Of a stretch of 64,000 nucleotides of DNA, positions 54,542 through 63,564 are shown piece by piece. The notes beneath the pieces are model-generated. The model was given only the letters and a program-made list of their open reading frames with translations. It was not told the DNA's origin and did no database searches. Each line of letters opens with the position of its first letter. Position 1 is the stretch's first letter. The DNA is from a virus. The DNA lies in the IMG/VR virus record IMGVR_UViG_3300047160_010630, positions 44,001 to 108,000 of that record. One strand, 5' to 3'. The translations under genes were made by a program, and so were the position numbers.

Positions 54542-54991
54542 ATGAAACTCTGGACCGTGTATGACGGTGGCGCACTGCGCCACCCCGGAGAAGCGATCGT
54601 GTCCGCCACGGTCAGCCGGTGGGAACTGACCGGCGAGGTGATATCGGACCGGGTGGCCCAGGAAATCGCGTCATGGTTCCACTCGCCCCGCGAACCGTAC
54701 TCCACGGTGCTGAGCACACAAGGCAAGGTCGACCACTACATGACCTTGGACGCGTTCGGGGACCCCGAGCAGTTCGAGGGATTCGACCGGGCCTGCCTGC
54801 TGGCCCTGGGGGCGTACATCGCCGACCGGAAGTCGACGGCCGAATCCGGCTACCGGCCCTGCGCCTGCCACACGTGCATGTCCGTCGCCATCGGCTCCAA
54901 CGGCGCGCTGTGCTCCGGGTGCGAGGAATGGGGATGCGACCCGGCCGACGACCGGAACGTGAACGGGTGCGAGGCTCCCCGTGACGAGTGA
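54542..54991 (+). CDS. Hypothetical protein with a C-terminal Cys cluster
   Basis: AGGAA leader; AQEIASWFH; CACHTC...CSGC. Confidence 0.65.
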   Translation: MKLWTVYDGGALRHPGEAIVSATVSRWELTGEVISDRVAQEIASWFHSPREPYSTVLSTQGKVDHYMTLDAFGDPEQFEGFDRACLLALGAYIADRKSTAESGYRPCACHTCMSVAIGSNGALCSGCEEWGCDPADDRNVNGCEAPRDE

Positions 54992-55075
54992 AATCGCCGG
55001 TGGCGTGCTGTTCGTGATCGCCGGAATCATGGTGGTCATCGTATTCGTGATCGAATCGGAGAGGACGGAAACGCA

Positions 55076-55309
55076 ATGAAGCGCTGGATCGCAGTAGCGG
55101 CCATTCTGCTGGCCATCGTGGGGGCCGCCTACATGCTGGGCAGGCACAAGGCGCCCGAGCCGGTCCACGGACCGGTGACCACTGCCACCACCATCATCCG
55201 CACCGCCGACGACGTGACCTCGTTCAACGACGGGTTCACGGACGCCAAGCGGGACGACTGCCAGCAGGGGTACCAGGCCGCGTGCCAGTGGCTGGCCGAG
55301 ACGAAGTGA
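55076..55309 (+). CDS. Secreted or membrane small protein
   Basis: Signal peptide; SFNDGFTDAKRDDCQQG..AACQWL. Confidence 0.65.
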   Translation: MKRWIAVAAILLAIVGAAYMLGRHKAPEPVHGPVTTATTIIRTADDVTSFNDGFTDAKRDDCQQGYQAACQWLAETK

Positions 55310-55317
55310 GGGACGGC

Positions 55318-55629
55318 ATGGACATCACGGCGGACATGGCCGGGTGCTGGCTCGACGGCGCTCACGGCTGGCACAACGCCTACCGGGTGGTGGACCGGGC
55401 CGAGGGGTACGGGTTCACCGTGCCGAGGGAGTACGAGGATTCCCTGTCCCTGTACCGGCAGGACGGACCGGCCGCGCGGGAGGAGGTCCAAGAGGCGATG
55501 AACGGGCACGGCGGTCTGTCCGACCAGGCGACCGAGTACCTGAACGAACGCGCCCCCGAGGGGTACGTGTTCGTGTGGGACGCGGGGGAGCTGTCCCTCA
55601 TGACCGAGGCTGACGCCGAATTCATCTGA
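55318..55629 (+). CDS. Acidic hypothetical protein
   Basis: GCWLDGAHG...ATEYLNE..PEGYVF. Confidence 0.65.
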   Translation: MDITADMAGCWLDGAHGWHNAYRVVDRAEGYGFTVPREYEDSLSLYRQDGPAAREEVQEAMNGHGGLSDQATEYLNERAPEGYVFVWDAGELSLMTEADAEFI

Positions 55630-55691
55630 GTTCGGGAAAAGGAAAGAGGAATTCCGGCCGGGCGAATGGATCAACGGAGAGGAAACAGGAA

Positions 55692-55889
55692 ATGAAGTTG
55701 CACCCGGAATTCGACCCGCGCAGGGTGTGCATCTCCAACGCCATGAGCAAAGGGGAAGCGGAACACGTGGCAGGCGTTCTCATGAGTTCCATAAGCGCGA
55801 TCGGCATTCTCTACGAAGCCGACACGTTCGGCAAGAACACGTGGGCCGTCTACGCCACCCGCAACGGAAAGGACAACCGCAATGTCTGA
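55692..55889 (+). CDS. Hypothetical protein
   Basis: AGGAAACAGGAA leader. Confidence 0.55.
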   Translation: MKLHPEFDPRRVCISNAMSKGEAEHVAGVLMSSISAIGILYEADTFGKNTWAVYATRNGKDNRNV

Positions 55890-56262
55890 CGAAATCATCG
55901 GTACCATTTGGGTGTGCGAGGATTGCCTCATGCACGCGGCGAACGGGGAGTGCGGCGACTGCCACAGTGACCACGGGCACGATGAGGAACCGCTAGACCC
56001 CGAATACCTCGGGGAGGGGTGCACCGTCACGCCGGGCATGGGGTGGGAGGACCACGACACCGAGTGCCTGTCGCACGTGATCAACGACCTGAAGACGCGG
56101 TTCCCGGACGTGGAGCGGCCGGACGTGCCGGACGGCTACGAATGCGACTGTGAGGAGCGGTCGTTTTCCACGTCGCAGTGCGACGGGTGCGGATCGTACC
56201 TGCACGGGGAGCGGCACGGCATGACGCTGTGGGGTCCGGCCAGCGATTCGGTCACGGTCTGA
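55882..56262 (+). CDS. Acidic Cys-rich protein
   Basis: VCEDCL..ANGE; FSTSQCDGCGS.LHGERH. Confidence 0.65.
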   Translation: MSDEIIGTIWVCEDCLMHAANGECGDCHSDHGHDEEPLDPEYLGEGCTVTPGMGWEDHDTECLSHVINDLKTRFPDVERPDVPDGYECDCEERSFSTSQCDGCGSYLHGERHGMTLWGPASDSVTV

Positions 56263-56367
56263 TAACAGGTCACGGTCCGGTAACGGTTGCGGGGAGGGGG
56301 CTTGACGGCCCCCTCCCCCTACGGAAGAGTCGGGTCTGTCAGCAGGAACGAGGAAACGGGAGTGATC

Positions 56368-56538
56368 ATGAACGCCACGGACGGCGCATACTGCATCCGG
56401 TGTCAGCGTGAGGGTCTCCCCTTGGGCATGCTCTGCGACCGGGACGTGATCACGGACCACGGTGCGGACCGTGACCCCGACCTTGAGTCTCGTTACGAGG
56501 GTCGGTGCCTCCGATGCTGCGAGCACAACCACGGCTGA
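56368..56538 (+). CDS. Small Zn-binding protein
   Basis: CIRC...CLRCC; own promoter and leader. Confidence 0.55.
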   Translation: MNATDGAYCIRCQREGLPLGMLCDRDVITDHGADRDPDLESRYEGRCLRCCEHNHG

Positions 56539-56652
56539 ACTCCCGTCCCCACGGAATCATCACAGCACCGTTATGGAACTGTGATGTTTCCCGGCCAGAC
56601 GGTAGGGCATAATCAGGGTGTCAGCAGGAACCAGGAACGAGAGGCAGCGATC

Positions 56653-57636
56653 ATGAACACCGAAATCAACAAGGTCTGCACCAGCACCGGCGCGGTGGAC
56701 CACTACACGTGCAGCCCGGACGTCCGGGACGGCCTCACCTTCTGCGGACGCAAGAACGCGGGCAAGGGCACCGGCGGCCGGATGTGCAAGTCCTGCGAGA
56801 AGATGCTGCCGGGCGTTCTGGAGTTTCAGGCCAAGCTGGACGCGCAGGCCGAGCAGACCCCGGCCACCGAGCCGACCGCCACCCCCTGCCCCGGCCCGCG
56901 CGGCGAGTGCGACGGGACCCTTGAGGAGCACAACGGCCGGGTCCAGTGCTTCTCCTGCGGCTACACCCCCAAGGGACAGGCGCAGCGCATCCCGACGCCG
57001 GTCGTGACCGAGCCGACCGGCGTTCCGACCGCGATCATCGCCGACCACGCGGACGGCCGCACCGTGGAGTGCGCCTACGTGCCGAACGGGAACCCGGCCC
57101 GGGTCGCGGAGCTGATCGCCGACTTCGCGAAGAACACCTACGCGTGGTCGAACGTGCGTGCGGTTGCGGCTGCGAGGGTCGGCCTGTCGAGCACCGTGGA
57201 GCCCGCTCCGGAGCCCACCCCCGTCCCGGTCGAGCCGGAGTTCCCGGCCACGTCTAACGTGTTCGTCGGGTCCGGTCCCTTCGGTGAGGTGACCATGTTC
57301 GCCGATAGCACCGCCACCGTGAACGAGTGGTTGCGTGGGGGGCGCGTGCACAAGCACACGGCCCGACAGGTGCCCACGATGGCCGCTGTGTGCCCGTGCG
57401 ACCGCTACACGGCCCCGGAGTCCACCCCCGCCGTGAACGCGCCGCAGAACCCCGCTCCCGGGCCGTCCCGGGCCATCCCTGCCGGATACGTGGACCAGCT
57501 TGCCGTCAACGGCCACACGATGACGTACCGGATCACCGGGCGGGACCCCGAGACGGGCCGCCACACCGTGAGCCAGTGGGATGCCCAGCACTCCAACAAC
57601 TGCCGGTGCATGGGCGACCCCGATTTCGGCTACTGA
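56653..57636 (+). CDS. Multi-domain hypothetical protein with Zn ribbons and Pro-rich linkers
   Basis: CATAAT -10 and GTCAGCAGGAA leader. Confidence 0.65.
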   Translation: MNTEINKVCTSTGAVDHYTCSPDVRDGLTFCGRKNAGKGTGGRMCKSCEKMLPGVLEFQAKLDAQAEQTPATEPTATPCPGPRGECDGTLEEHNGRVQCFSCGYTPKGQAQRIPTPVVTEPTGVPTAIIADHADGRTVECAYVPNGNPARVAELIADFAKNTYAWSNVRAVAAARVGLSSTVEPAPEPTPVPVEPEFPATSNVFVGSGPFGEVTMFADSTATVNEWLRGGRVHKHTARQVPTMAAVCPCDRYTAPESTPAVNAPQNPAPGPSRAIPAGYVDQLAVNGHTMTYRITGRDPETGRHTVSQWDAQHSNNCRCMGDPDFGY

Positions 57637-57661
57637 AATCCGAGAGAAAAGGAAAAAGGAA

Positions 57662-57877
57662 ATGGCACGACGCAACTACAGCGCGGAGCTACTCGCGGCC
57701 GCTGACAGCGGCTCGGACATCGTGTGCTCCGTGGCCCCCTACCACGGCGTCAACGTGGTCCACAGTCCCCGCCGCGACCACGATCCGTTCCCCTGGTTGT
57801 TGAGCGCGAACGCGGGCCGGATGCAGTACCGCTACCGTGGCCGGGAGTGCCACGCCACCGAGAAGACGGAGAACTGA
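57662..57877 (+). CDS. Hypothetical protein
   Basis: AAGGAAAAAGGAA leader. Confidence 0.6.
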   Translation: MARRNYSAELLAAADSGSDIVCSVAPYHGVNVVHSPRRDHDPFPWLLSANAGRMQYRYRGRECHATEKTEN

Positions 57878-57879
57878 TC

Positions 57880-58059
57880 ATGACCAAGACCGCCATCCGA
57901 GGGACCATGATGTTCGTGCGCCGCGACGGGATCGGCTTCCTGATCGGCCGCGTGCTCATGGTGGACAACCGCCACGGCCACGACGTGTACACCATCAAGA
58001 CGCTGGGCGGGAACCTGATCAGCATCTCGGCCAACGACTACGACGCACAGCCCTACTAA
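57880..58059 (+). CDS. Hypothetical protein
   Basis: GGAG RBS. Confidence 0.55.
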   Translation: MTKTAIRGTMMFVRRDGIGFLIGRVLMVDNRHGHDVYTIKTLGGNLISISANDYDAQPY

Positions 58060-58120
58060 CCACTTCCCCGCCCCTGCAAGGGGCCCACAACAGCCCAGGA
58101 ACCAGGAAGAAGGAAAAGAC

Positions 58121-58315
58121 ATGACCGCCGGTACCCTCGCCCGCTACACGACCGTTCAGGGCATCATCCTCTCCGTCAAGGCCATCATCACCGGACGCGA
58201 CCAGTACGGCCCGGTGACCGTGCTCCGCATCACCGGCGCCCCCAAGGGGTCCGCGTACAAGCGCGGCGAGATCATCACCGTGTCCGCCGACTCGACCGGG
58301 TTGGCGCTGCGATGA
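58121..58315 (+). CDS. Hypothetical protein
   Basis: AGGAA leader. Confidence 0.6.
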   Translation: MTAGTLARYTTVQGIILSVKAIITGRDQYGPVTVLRITGAPKGSAYKRGEIITVSADSTGLALR

Positions 58316-58593
58316 TCACGAAGTACGCGATCAGCTCCCAGCCGGAGCACGCGATCGTGTCCCTGCGAATCCTGGTCCGGCACAACAGCGGAGACCCGTC
58401 CTACGCGGACATCACGCCCAGCCTGCTCCGGCTGTACGACACGGAAGCCGAGGGAATGACCGCTCTCGCCGAATTCCGGGCCACGTACAACGAGGTGAAC
58501 CTCGTTCCCCGGAGCGGACGGGTCCGGGGCAAGCCGGAAGACTGGCACCTTTTCAGGGTGCAGATCCACGAAAGCGCCGAACAGGTCGACTGA
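58312..58593 (+). CDS. Hypothetical protein
   Basis: ATGA overlap. Confidence 0.6.
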   Translation: MITKYAISSQPEHAIVSLRILVRHNSGDPSYADITPSLLRLYDTEAEGMTALAEFRATYNEVNLVPRSGRVRGKPEDWHLFRVQIHESAEQVD

Positions 58594-58665
58594 ACAAAAG
58601 GCGGGGGCAGGAATGCCCCCGCCCCATTCCCCGCAATTCAGGAATTCAGGAAAAGGAGAAAAGAA

Positions 58666-59055
58666 ATGCTTTCCCTCGCCGACCGAATCGAAAAGGACCG
58701 AATTCGGGTCTCTTCCAAATTCGTCGACACCACCACCGACGGCAGCGGATGGCAGCACCACCTGTACCGGGTCACACTCAAGCGCAAGGGCCGCCAATGG
58801 ACGCTGGACTTCCGCCAGGGAATCGGGCACACCAGCGACCCCACCACCTACGACGTGCTCAACTGCATTCTCTCGGACGCCAGCGGCATCCTGAACTGCA
58901 CCGGATTCGCCGACTGGGCCGACGACTACGGCTACAACCCGAGCAGCAGCAAGGCCCGGGAGACGTACGACGCGTGCCGGAAGCAGACGGACCGGGCGTG
59001 GCGGTTCTTCAACGGGTCGCTGACGGAGTACCTGGAAAACACGGACTGGTCGTGA
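58666..59055 (+). CDS. Hypothetical protein
   Basis: PTTYDVLNCILSDA...FADWADDYGY; AGGAA leader. Confidence 0.7.
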   Translation: MLSLADRIEKDRIRVSSKFVDTTTDGSGWQHHLYRVTLKRKGRQWTLDFRQGIGHTSDPTTYDVLNCILSDASGILNCTGFADWADDYGYNPSSSKARETYDACRKQTDRAWRFFNGSLTEYLENTDWS

Positions 59056-59148
59056 AGTGACGTACGTCACACGGCCCGGGGAGGTTTAACCCTCCCCGGG
59101 CCCGGGTAGGTAGCCGGTAGGAAGTCAGGAACCAGGAAGGTAGCGATC

Positions 59149-59643
59149 ATGGCGAACACAATCCCCACCCGGGCCCAGCAGGCCAACCGCAATTGGCGGA
59201 CCGCCGCACGGGGAATCGCTGCCCAGCAAGCCCGCCAGGCAGCCGCACAGACCCCCATGCCGGTCCCGACCCCCGCCCCCAACCCGCTCGCCGGATGGCC
59301 GCAGAACGCCCGGCAGGCGCCCGCACAGGGGGCCCGCCCGGCCATTAGGCAAGGGTGGTACATGGTGGACAGCCGGGCAGCGCACACGGCCCTCGTGGCT
59401 GTCACTGTCCTGGTGTTACTGCTCGGTATCCTGATCGGGGGCGTAGCGGCCCGTGCGGCCAAGCAGGACAGCACGAACGGCAGCGTGGCCTACACAGCGC
59501 CCGCTACGGGCAGCGTGCGGCCCCCTACGGCCACGGAACTGGAGACCCTCCGGGTTGCAGTGACCACGGTAGGCAAGGGGTGGTGTGCCCTTGAGTGGCA
59601 CGCTACTGAGAGTGACTACCAGACGGTGTGTCACCAGGCGTGA
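59149..59643 (+). CDS. Single-TM membrane protein containing an in-frame TTA codon
   Basis: TM ALVAVTVLVLLLGILIGGVAA; TTA at 59416-59418. Confidence 0.65.
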   Translation: MANTIPTRAQQANRNWRTAARGIAAQQARQAAAQTPMPVPTPAPNPLAGWPQNARQAPAQGARPAIRQGWYMVDSRAAHTALVAVTVLVLLLGILIGGVAARAAKQDSTNGSVAYTAPATGSVRPPTATELETLRVAVTTVGKGWCALEWHATESDYQTVCHQA

Positions 59644-60000
59644 CAGTGAGTGAGTGCACTACTCGGGCACAGCCCGTAGCCGAACGACACTGAGAGTGAA
59701 GGGCAAGGTCACAGTTCGATAACAGTTAGATAGCACACAGACTGTTGACAGAGTCAACGGTCTGTGTGCAGACGTTTGTATCTTTAGTACGTATACGTCC
59801 TTTCCGGTCGCGCGCGCAGCTCCCCCCGTTTATTTTCACACCCCCGCACACCATTCCAGTTTTACTCCCCATAATATTACTCCGCCGCCTCCGGCCTCCT
59901 CCAGTTTTACGCTCCCTAGTACTACGCACCTTAGTGTTGACACCGCGTCACCCGTCCCCCTAAGCTGGTCCCACCAACCAGGAACGAGGAAAGGAACACC

Positions 60001-60147
60001 ATGAACGACGAGCAGCGCAAGGGCACCGGCCTGATCATCCGCCACGAGAACGGCGCGTACACCATCCGCATCTGGGCGAGCTGGGGTTTCCTGGCCTTCG
60101 TGGCCCTGGCCGTGGCCGCCCTGATCACGGCCGCGATCTTCTCCTAG
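60001..60147 (+). CDS. Small C-terminally anchored membrane protein
   Basis: Promoter TTGACA-N17-TAAGCT (59937-59965) and AGGAA leader. Confidence 0.6.
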   Translation: MNDEQRKGTGLIIRHENGAYTIRIWASWGFLAFVALAVAALITAAIFS

Positions 60148-60162
60148 GAAAAGGAACCCCTG

Positions 60163-60588
60163 ATGAAGCGCAACCTGAACGAGCCGGTCTTCCTCTACAT
60201 TTCCGCGTCCGTCGTCCAGACCTGGACGCTGGACGAGTACCGCCGCTGCCTGGCCGTGGACGACGGCTGGTCGCGCTGGCTGAACAAGGGGCCGTTCGGC
60301 CTCCAGGTCGTCGCGCCGGGCGAGACGGAGGCGACGGGCTTCACCGTGGTCTCGCGCCCGCTCCCCGGCAGCGCCACGGTGGACGGCGTTGTCTTCGAGA
60401 AGCGGCGGGCCACGCTCCAGCCCCTCGGGTACGACGCCGTCAGGTGGGCCGACAACGGCGGGTACCCCCGGCCGGTCGAGTTCGAGTACTGGGTGCCGGA
60501 CCTGGACGTCATGCTGGACCTGGACCTGGTGCCGTACCAGTGGGTTGACGGCGAGCTGGTCATCACGCTACAGTTCCCCGCGAACTGA
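60163..60588 (+). CDS. Hypothetical protein
   Basis: AGGAAAAGGAA leader. Confidence 0.65.
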   Translation: MKRNLNEPVFLYISASVVQTWTLDEYRRCLAVDDGWSRWLNKGPFGLQVVAPGETEATGFTVVSRPLPGSATVDGVVFEKRRATLQPLGYDAVRWADNGGYPRPVEFEYWVPDLDVMLDLDLVPYQWVDGELVITLQFPAN

Positions 60589-60621
60589 CACACCGACAGA
60601 CACAGGAAGAAGGAACCGGTC

Positions 60622-61098
60622 ATGACGCACAGCAACCCCGACATCGCCCTGTGCAACCACGGGCGCGTCCTGGGGGCGGGCGACTGCCCGCCGTGCACCG
60701 AGGAGGCGGCCACCATCCACTGCGCCAGGCCCCGACGCGTGGCGTCCGTGTACCGCTGCCGGGCCTGCGGCCAGCCGTGCACGCTGGACCCCGGCACTGG
60801 GGATGTGGCCCACCTGCCCGTGCCGCCCTCCCGCCTCTATGCCACCCCCGACCAGGTGCACGCGTTCCTGCTGGAGCACTTCTGCGAGGACGTGCTGCTG
60901 CGCTACCAGCAGGCGGTGGGCCGGGCGGCGGTGGTCGAGGCGGTGGACGACATCACCGCGAACTCCGACACGATCATGGCCAGCCACACCTTCTGCCAGG
61001 GCATGAAGTGCGCCGCCGACCACGTGGACCCGCGTCTGGGGGCCGGTCACTGGCCGTCGTCCCTGGTCGCCCCGCCGACCACCCATAAGGAGGGCTGA
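60622..61098 (+). CDS. Cys-rich hypothetical protein
   Basis: AGGAAGAAGGAA leader. Confidence 0.65.
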   Translation: MTHSNPDIALCNHGRVLGAGDCPPCTEEAATIHCARPRRVASVYRCRACGQPCTLDPGTGDVAHLPVPPSRLYATPDQVHAFLLEHFCEDVLLRYQQAVGRAAVVEAVDDITANSDTIMASHTFCQGMKCAADHVDPRLGAGHWPSSLVAPPTTHKEG

Positions 61099-61406
61099 TG
61101 GCCGGGCTCGGGGAGATCCCCTCCGACGTGGCGTACATGTTCGCCGCCGAGGACACGGACCACAACGCGTTCGCGTGCTGCGTCCCCCACGCGGACTTCT
61201 CCCGTGGTGCGCGGGCGGACGCCGCGATCCGGATCCGGGCGGAGCTGGTGTGCTGCGACATCTACGAGCGGGTGCATCCGCACGTGGATTCTGCGTGCGG
61301 TCCCGCGTGCGACGAGCGGTTCCGGATGGCGATGATGCTCGGCGGGGACGGCCACCTCATCTGCTTCTGGGGCGAGGCGGCTGCCCGGCTGGCGGAGGAG
61401 TCCTGA
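61098..61406 (+). CDS. Hypothetical protein
   Basis: RIRAELVCCD...ICFWGE. Confidence 0.6.
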   Translation: MAGLGEIPSDVAYMFAAEDTDHNAFACCVPHADFSRGARADAAIRIRAELVCCDIYERVHPHVDSACGPACDERFRMAMMLGGDGHLICFWGEAAARLAEES

Positions 61407-61825
61407 TGAGTGAGTCGCTGGACGAGAAGTCCGACCGGCTGTACCGCGAGCAGGGCGCCGCCAGGGCGGGCAGCTGCCCGTTCTGCGCGATCGTGGCCGG
61501 GCTGGCTCCGGTGACCCTGGTCCACGCGTGGCCCGACGCGCTGGCGTTCGTGCCGCTGAACCCGGTGGTGGAGGGCCACACGCTGGTCGTCCCGAAGCTG
61601 CACGTGCAGGACTTCGCGTCCGACCCGGAGACCTCCGCGATGACGATGCGCCGGGCCGCCGAGCTGATGCGCTGGACGCCGCGTGCGATGAACGTGATCA
61701 CGTCCAAGGGGCGTGCGGCGACCCAGTCGGTGTTCCACCTGCATCTGCACCTGGTTCCCCGGGTGGAGGACGACGGCCTGGCGCTGCCGTGGTATTCCGG
61801 CAAGCACAGGAAGAGGGAGGTCTGA
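61406..61825 (+). CDS. HIT-family nucleotide hydrolase
   Basis: CPFCAIV, PLNPVVEGHTLVVPKLH, QSVFHLHLHLVPR. Confidence 0.92.
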   Translation: MSESLDEKSDRLYREQGAARAGSCPFCAIVAGLAPVTLVHAWPDALAFVPLNPVVEGHTLVVPKLHVQDFASDPETSAMTMRRAAELMRWTPRAMNVITSKGRAATQSVFHLHLHLVPRVEDDGLALPWYSGKHRKREV

Positions 61826-62154
61826 TGGACGAGATTCTGCGGTTGCCCGAGTTTGTTACCGCTGACGGTACACACCGTGAGCTGCTGGCTGAGGTCAAGC
61901 GCCGTCGTACAACCTGGCCGTCCGCGTTGCCGTTGCAGCAGGCCGCCGACACGTTGCGGGCGGCGGCTCCGGACATCACCGGTCCGCTGGCCGGACTGGC
62001 GGATCCGGTGGCGGACTGGCTGGACGAGACGGCGAACACGCTGTCCTGGCTGGCGCCGTTCCGGGAGCACGAGGGCGGCTTCGACATGTGGGAGCAGGCG
62101 ATGCGGGTGGCCTCCATCGTCAACGGGACGCTCAAGGAAGGAGACCGGAGATGA
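61825..62154 (+). CDS. Hypothetical protein
   Basis: GGGAGG RBS; coupled. Confidence 0.6.
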   Translation: MDEILRLPEFVTADGTHRELLAEVKRRRTTWPSALPLQQAADTLRAAAPDITGPLAGLADPVADWLDETANTLSWLAPFREHEGGFDMWEQAMRVASIVNGTLKEGDRR

Positions 62155-62450
62155 GTGACGAACGCCCGATCCCCGAGGCCCTGGTCCGCTACTTCGAGCA
62201 GCGGGCCGCCCAGCGCCGGGCCGAGGTCTCCGCGCTGTTCGAGCGCCTCACGGAGCGTGAGCGGCGGCTGGTGAAAGAGGCGGCGGTGATGGGCTGGGTG
62301 CAGGGGATGCGGCACAGCGACCTGGCGTACCCGGGCGGCCGGTACGCGCTGGCTGTGGTGCTGGACGGCTGCCTGGCGCACGAGGATCTGTATCCGGAGA
62401 TCACCGGGTACGTGGAGCCCGAGGACGAGTTGGAGGAGTCCGATGAGTGA
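62151..62450 (+). CDS. Hypothetical protein
   Basis: LTERERRLVKEAAVMGWVQG. Confidence 0.6.
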   Translation: MSDERPIPEALVRYFEQRAAQRRAEVSALFERLTERERRLVKEAAVMGWVQGMRHSDLAYPGGRYALAVVLDGCLAHEDLYPEITGYVEPEDELEESDE

Positions 62451-62697
62451 TCCCCTGACCCGGCAGCAGCGCGAGACCATCCGCCAGCGTCTGGTCCACT
62501 ACCGGAAGACCCACGCGCACATGAACGGCTTCGCGTGTTGTTCTGCACATGCCAGTGCGGACGACGTGCCGGTGCTGCTGGCCGAGATCGAGCGGTTGTA
62601 CAAGCTGCTGGCCGCCCAGTGCACCGGGTGCTACCCGAACCCGCACGACCACGAGGAGCATTGCCCGTACTCCCGCATCCCCGAGGAGAACCCGTGA
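62443..62697 (+). CDS. Hypothetical protein
   Basis: ADDVPVLLAEIERL (Ead-like) segment. Confidence 0.6.
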   Translation: MSDPLTRQQRETIRQRLVHYRKTHAHMNGFACCSAHASADDVPVLLAEIERLYKLLAAQCTGCYPNPHDHEEHCPYSRIPEENP

Positions 62698-62948
62698 TCC
62701 ACAAGGTCCACATCTACACGTCCACCGCCTGCCAGCACGAGCTGCACGAGAACTGCCGCCGGGTGTGCAAGTACTGCGAGAAGCCGAACCAGTGCGTCTG
62801 CGCGTGCCACACGACGAGCGGGGTCTACCGCAGTCTTCCTCCCCGAGCCCGGTGGCACGCCATCCCGTACGAGGATGGTACAATGCCCGCAAAAGCTGTT
62901 CGGGCGGGATCGGAGGCGCCGGTGGCGTCCCGGGACGAGGAGGACACC

Positions 62949-63143
62949 ATGGCGTACGGCGAGGACGAGCGCGAGGTCGAGGGCGGCGAGGGCCGCGAGG
63001 GCCTGCGCAACACCAACGTCAACGTCAACGACGTCGATGTCGACAACGCGAACACCAGCGTGAACGCGAACGACAACCGCAACGTCCAGGTCCAGAAGGC
63101 CGTGGACCACGACTGCGACGGCGATTGCGACTGCGAGGACTGA
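62949..63143 (+). CDS. Small acidic Asn/Val-alternating protein with a Cys/Asp tail
   Basis: GAGGAGG RBS; TGG-TACAAT -10 at about 62876-62884. Confidence 0.65.
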   Translation: MAYGEDEREVEGGEGREGLRNTNVNVNDVDVDNANTSVNANDNRNVQVQKAVDHDCDGDCDCED

Positions 63144-63258
63144 GCGTCGCACCCTGGCCAGTGCCGTCGGACATGCGGGTCCGGCGGCACTGTTGCGTCC
63201 GGCCCGAAGTCTCTGGTAGTCTTTCAGTACCGAGACACACCAAGGAAAGGAAGAGGAA

Positions 63259-63486
63259 ATGAGGATAATGACCGCACAGGAGATGGACCCGGAGGACCTG
63301 GAGGCCGCGATCAACGACTCCCTGGTCAACGCGGAGGCGTGGCGGGGCGGGCACCCAGGCGTGGTGCTGCACTTCTCGGTGTTCGAGGTGATGCGCGAGC
63401 GCGGCCTGCTGGGCAAGGGCCTCTGCCTGACGTACAAGGGCATGGAGGCCGCCAAGGCGGCCCAGCGCGCGTACTGGGGCGATTGA
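63259..63486 (+). CDS. Hypothetical protein
   Basis: AAGGAAAGGAAGAGGAA leader. Confidence 0.65.
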   Translation: MRIMTAQEMDPEDLEAAINDSLVNAEAWRGGHPGVVLHFSVFEVMRERGLLGKGLCLTYKGMEAAKAAQRAYWGD

Positions 63487-63564
63487 GCTGGACTCCCGCT
63501 GCCGACACCTGATAGGGTGTCATCGACGGAACGAGCCGTACCGAACCAGGAAAGGAAGAGAACC

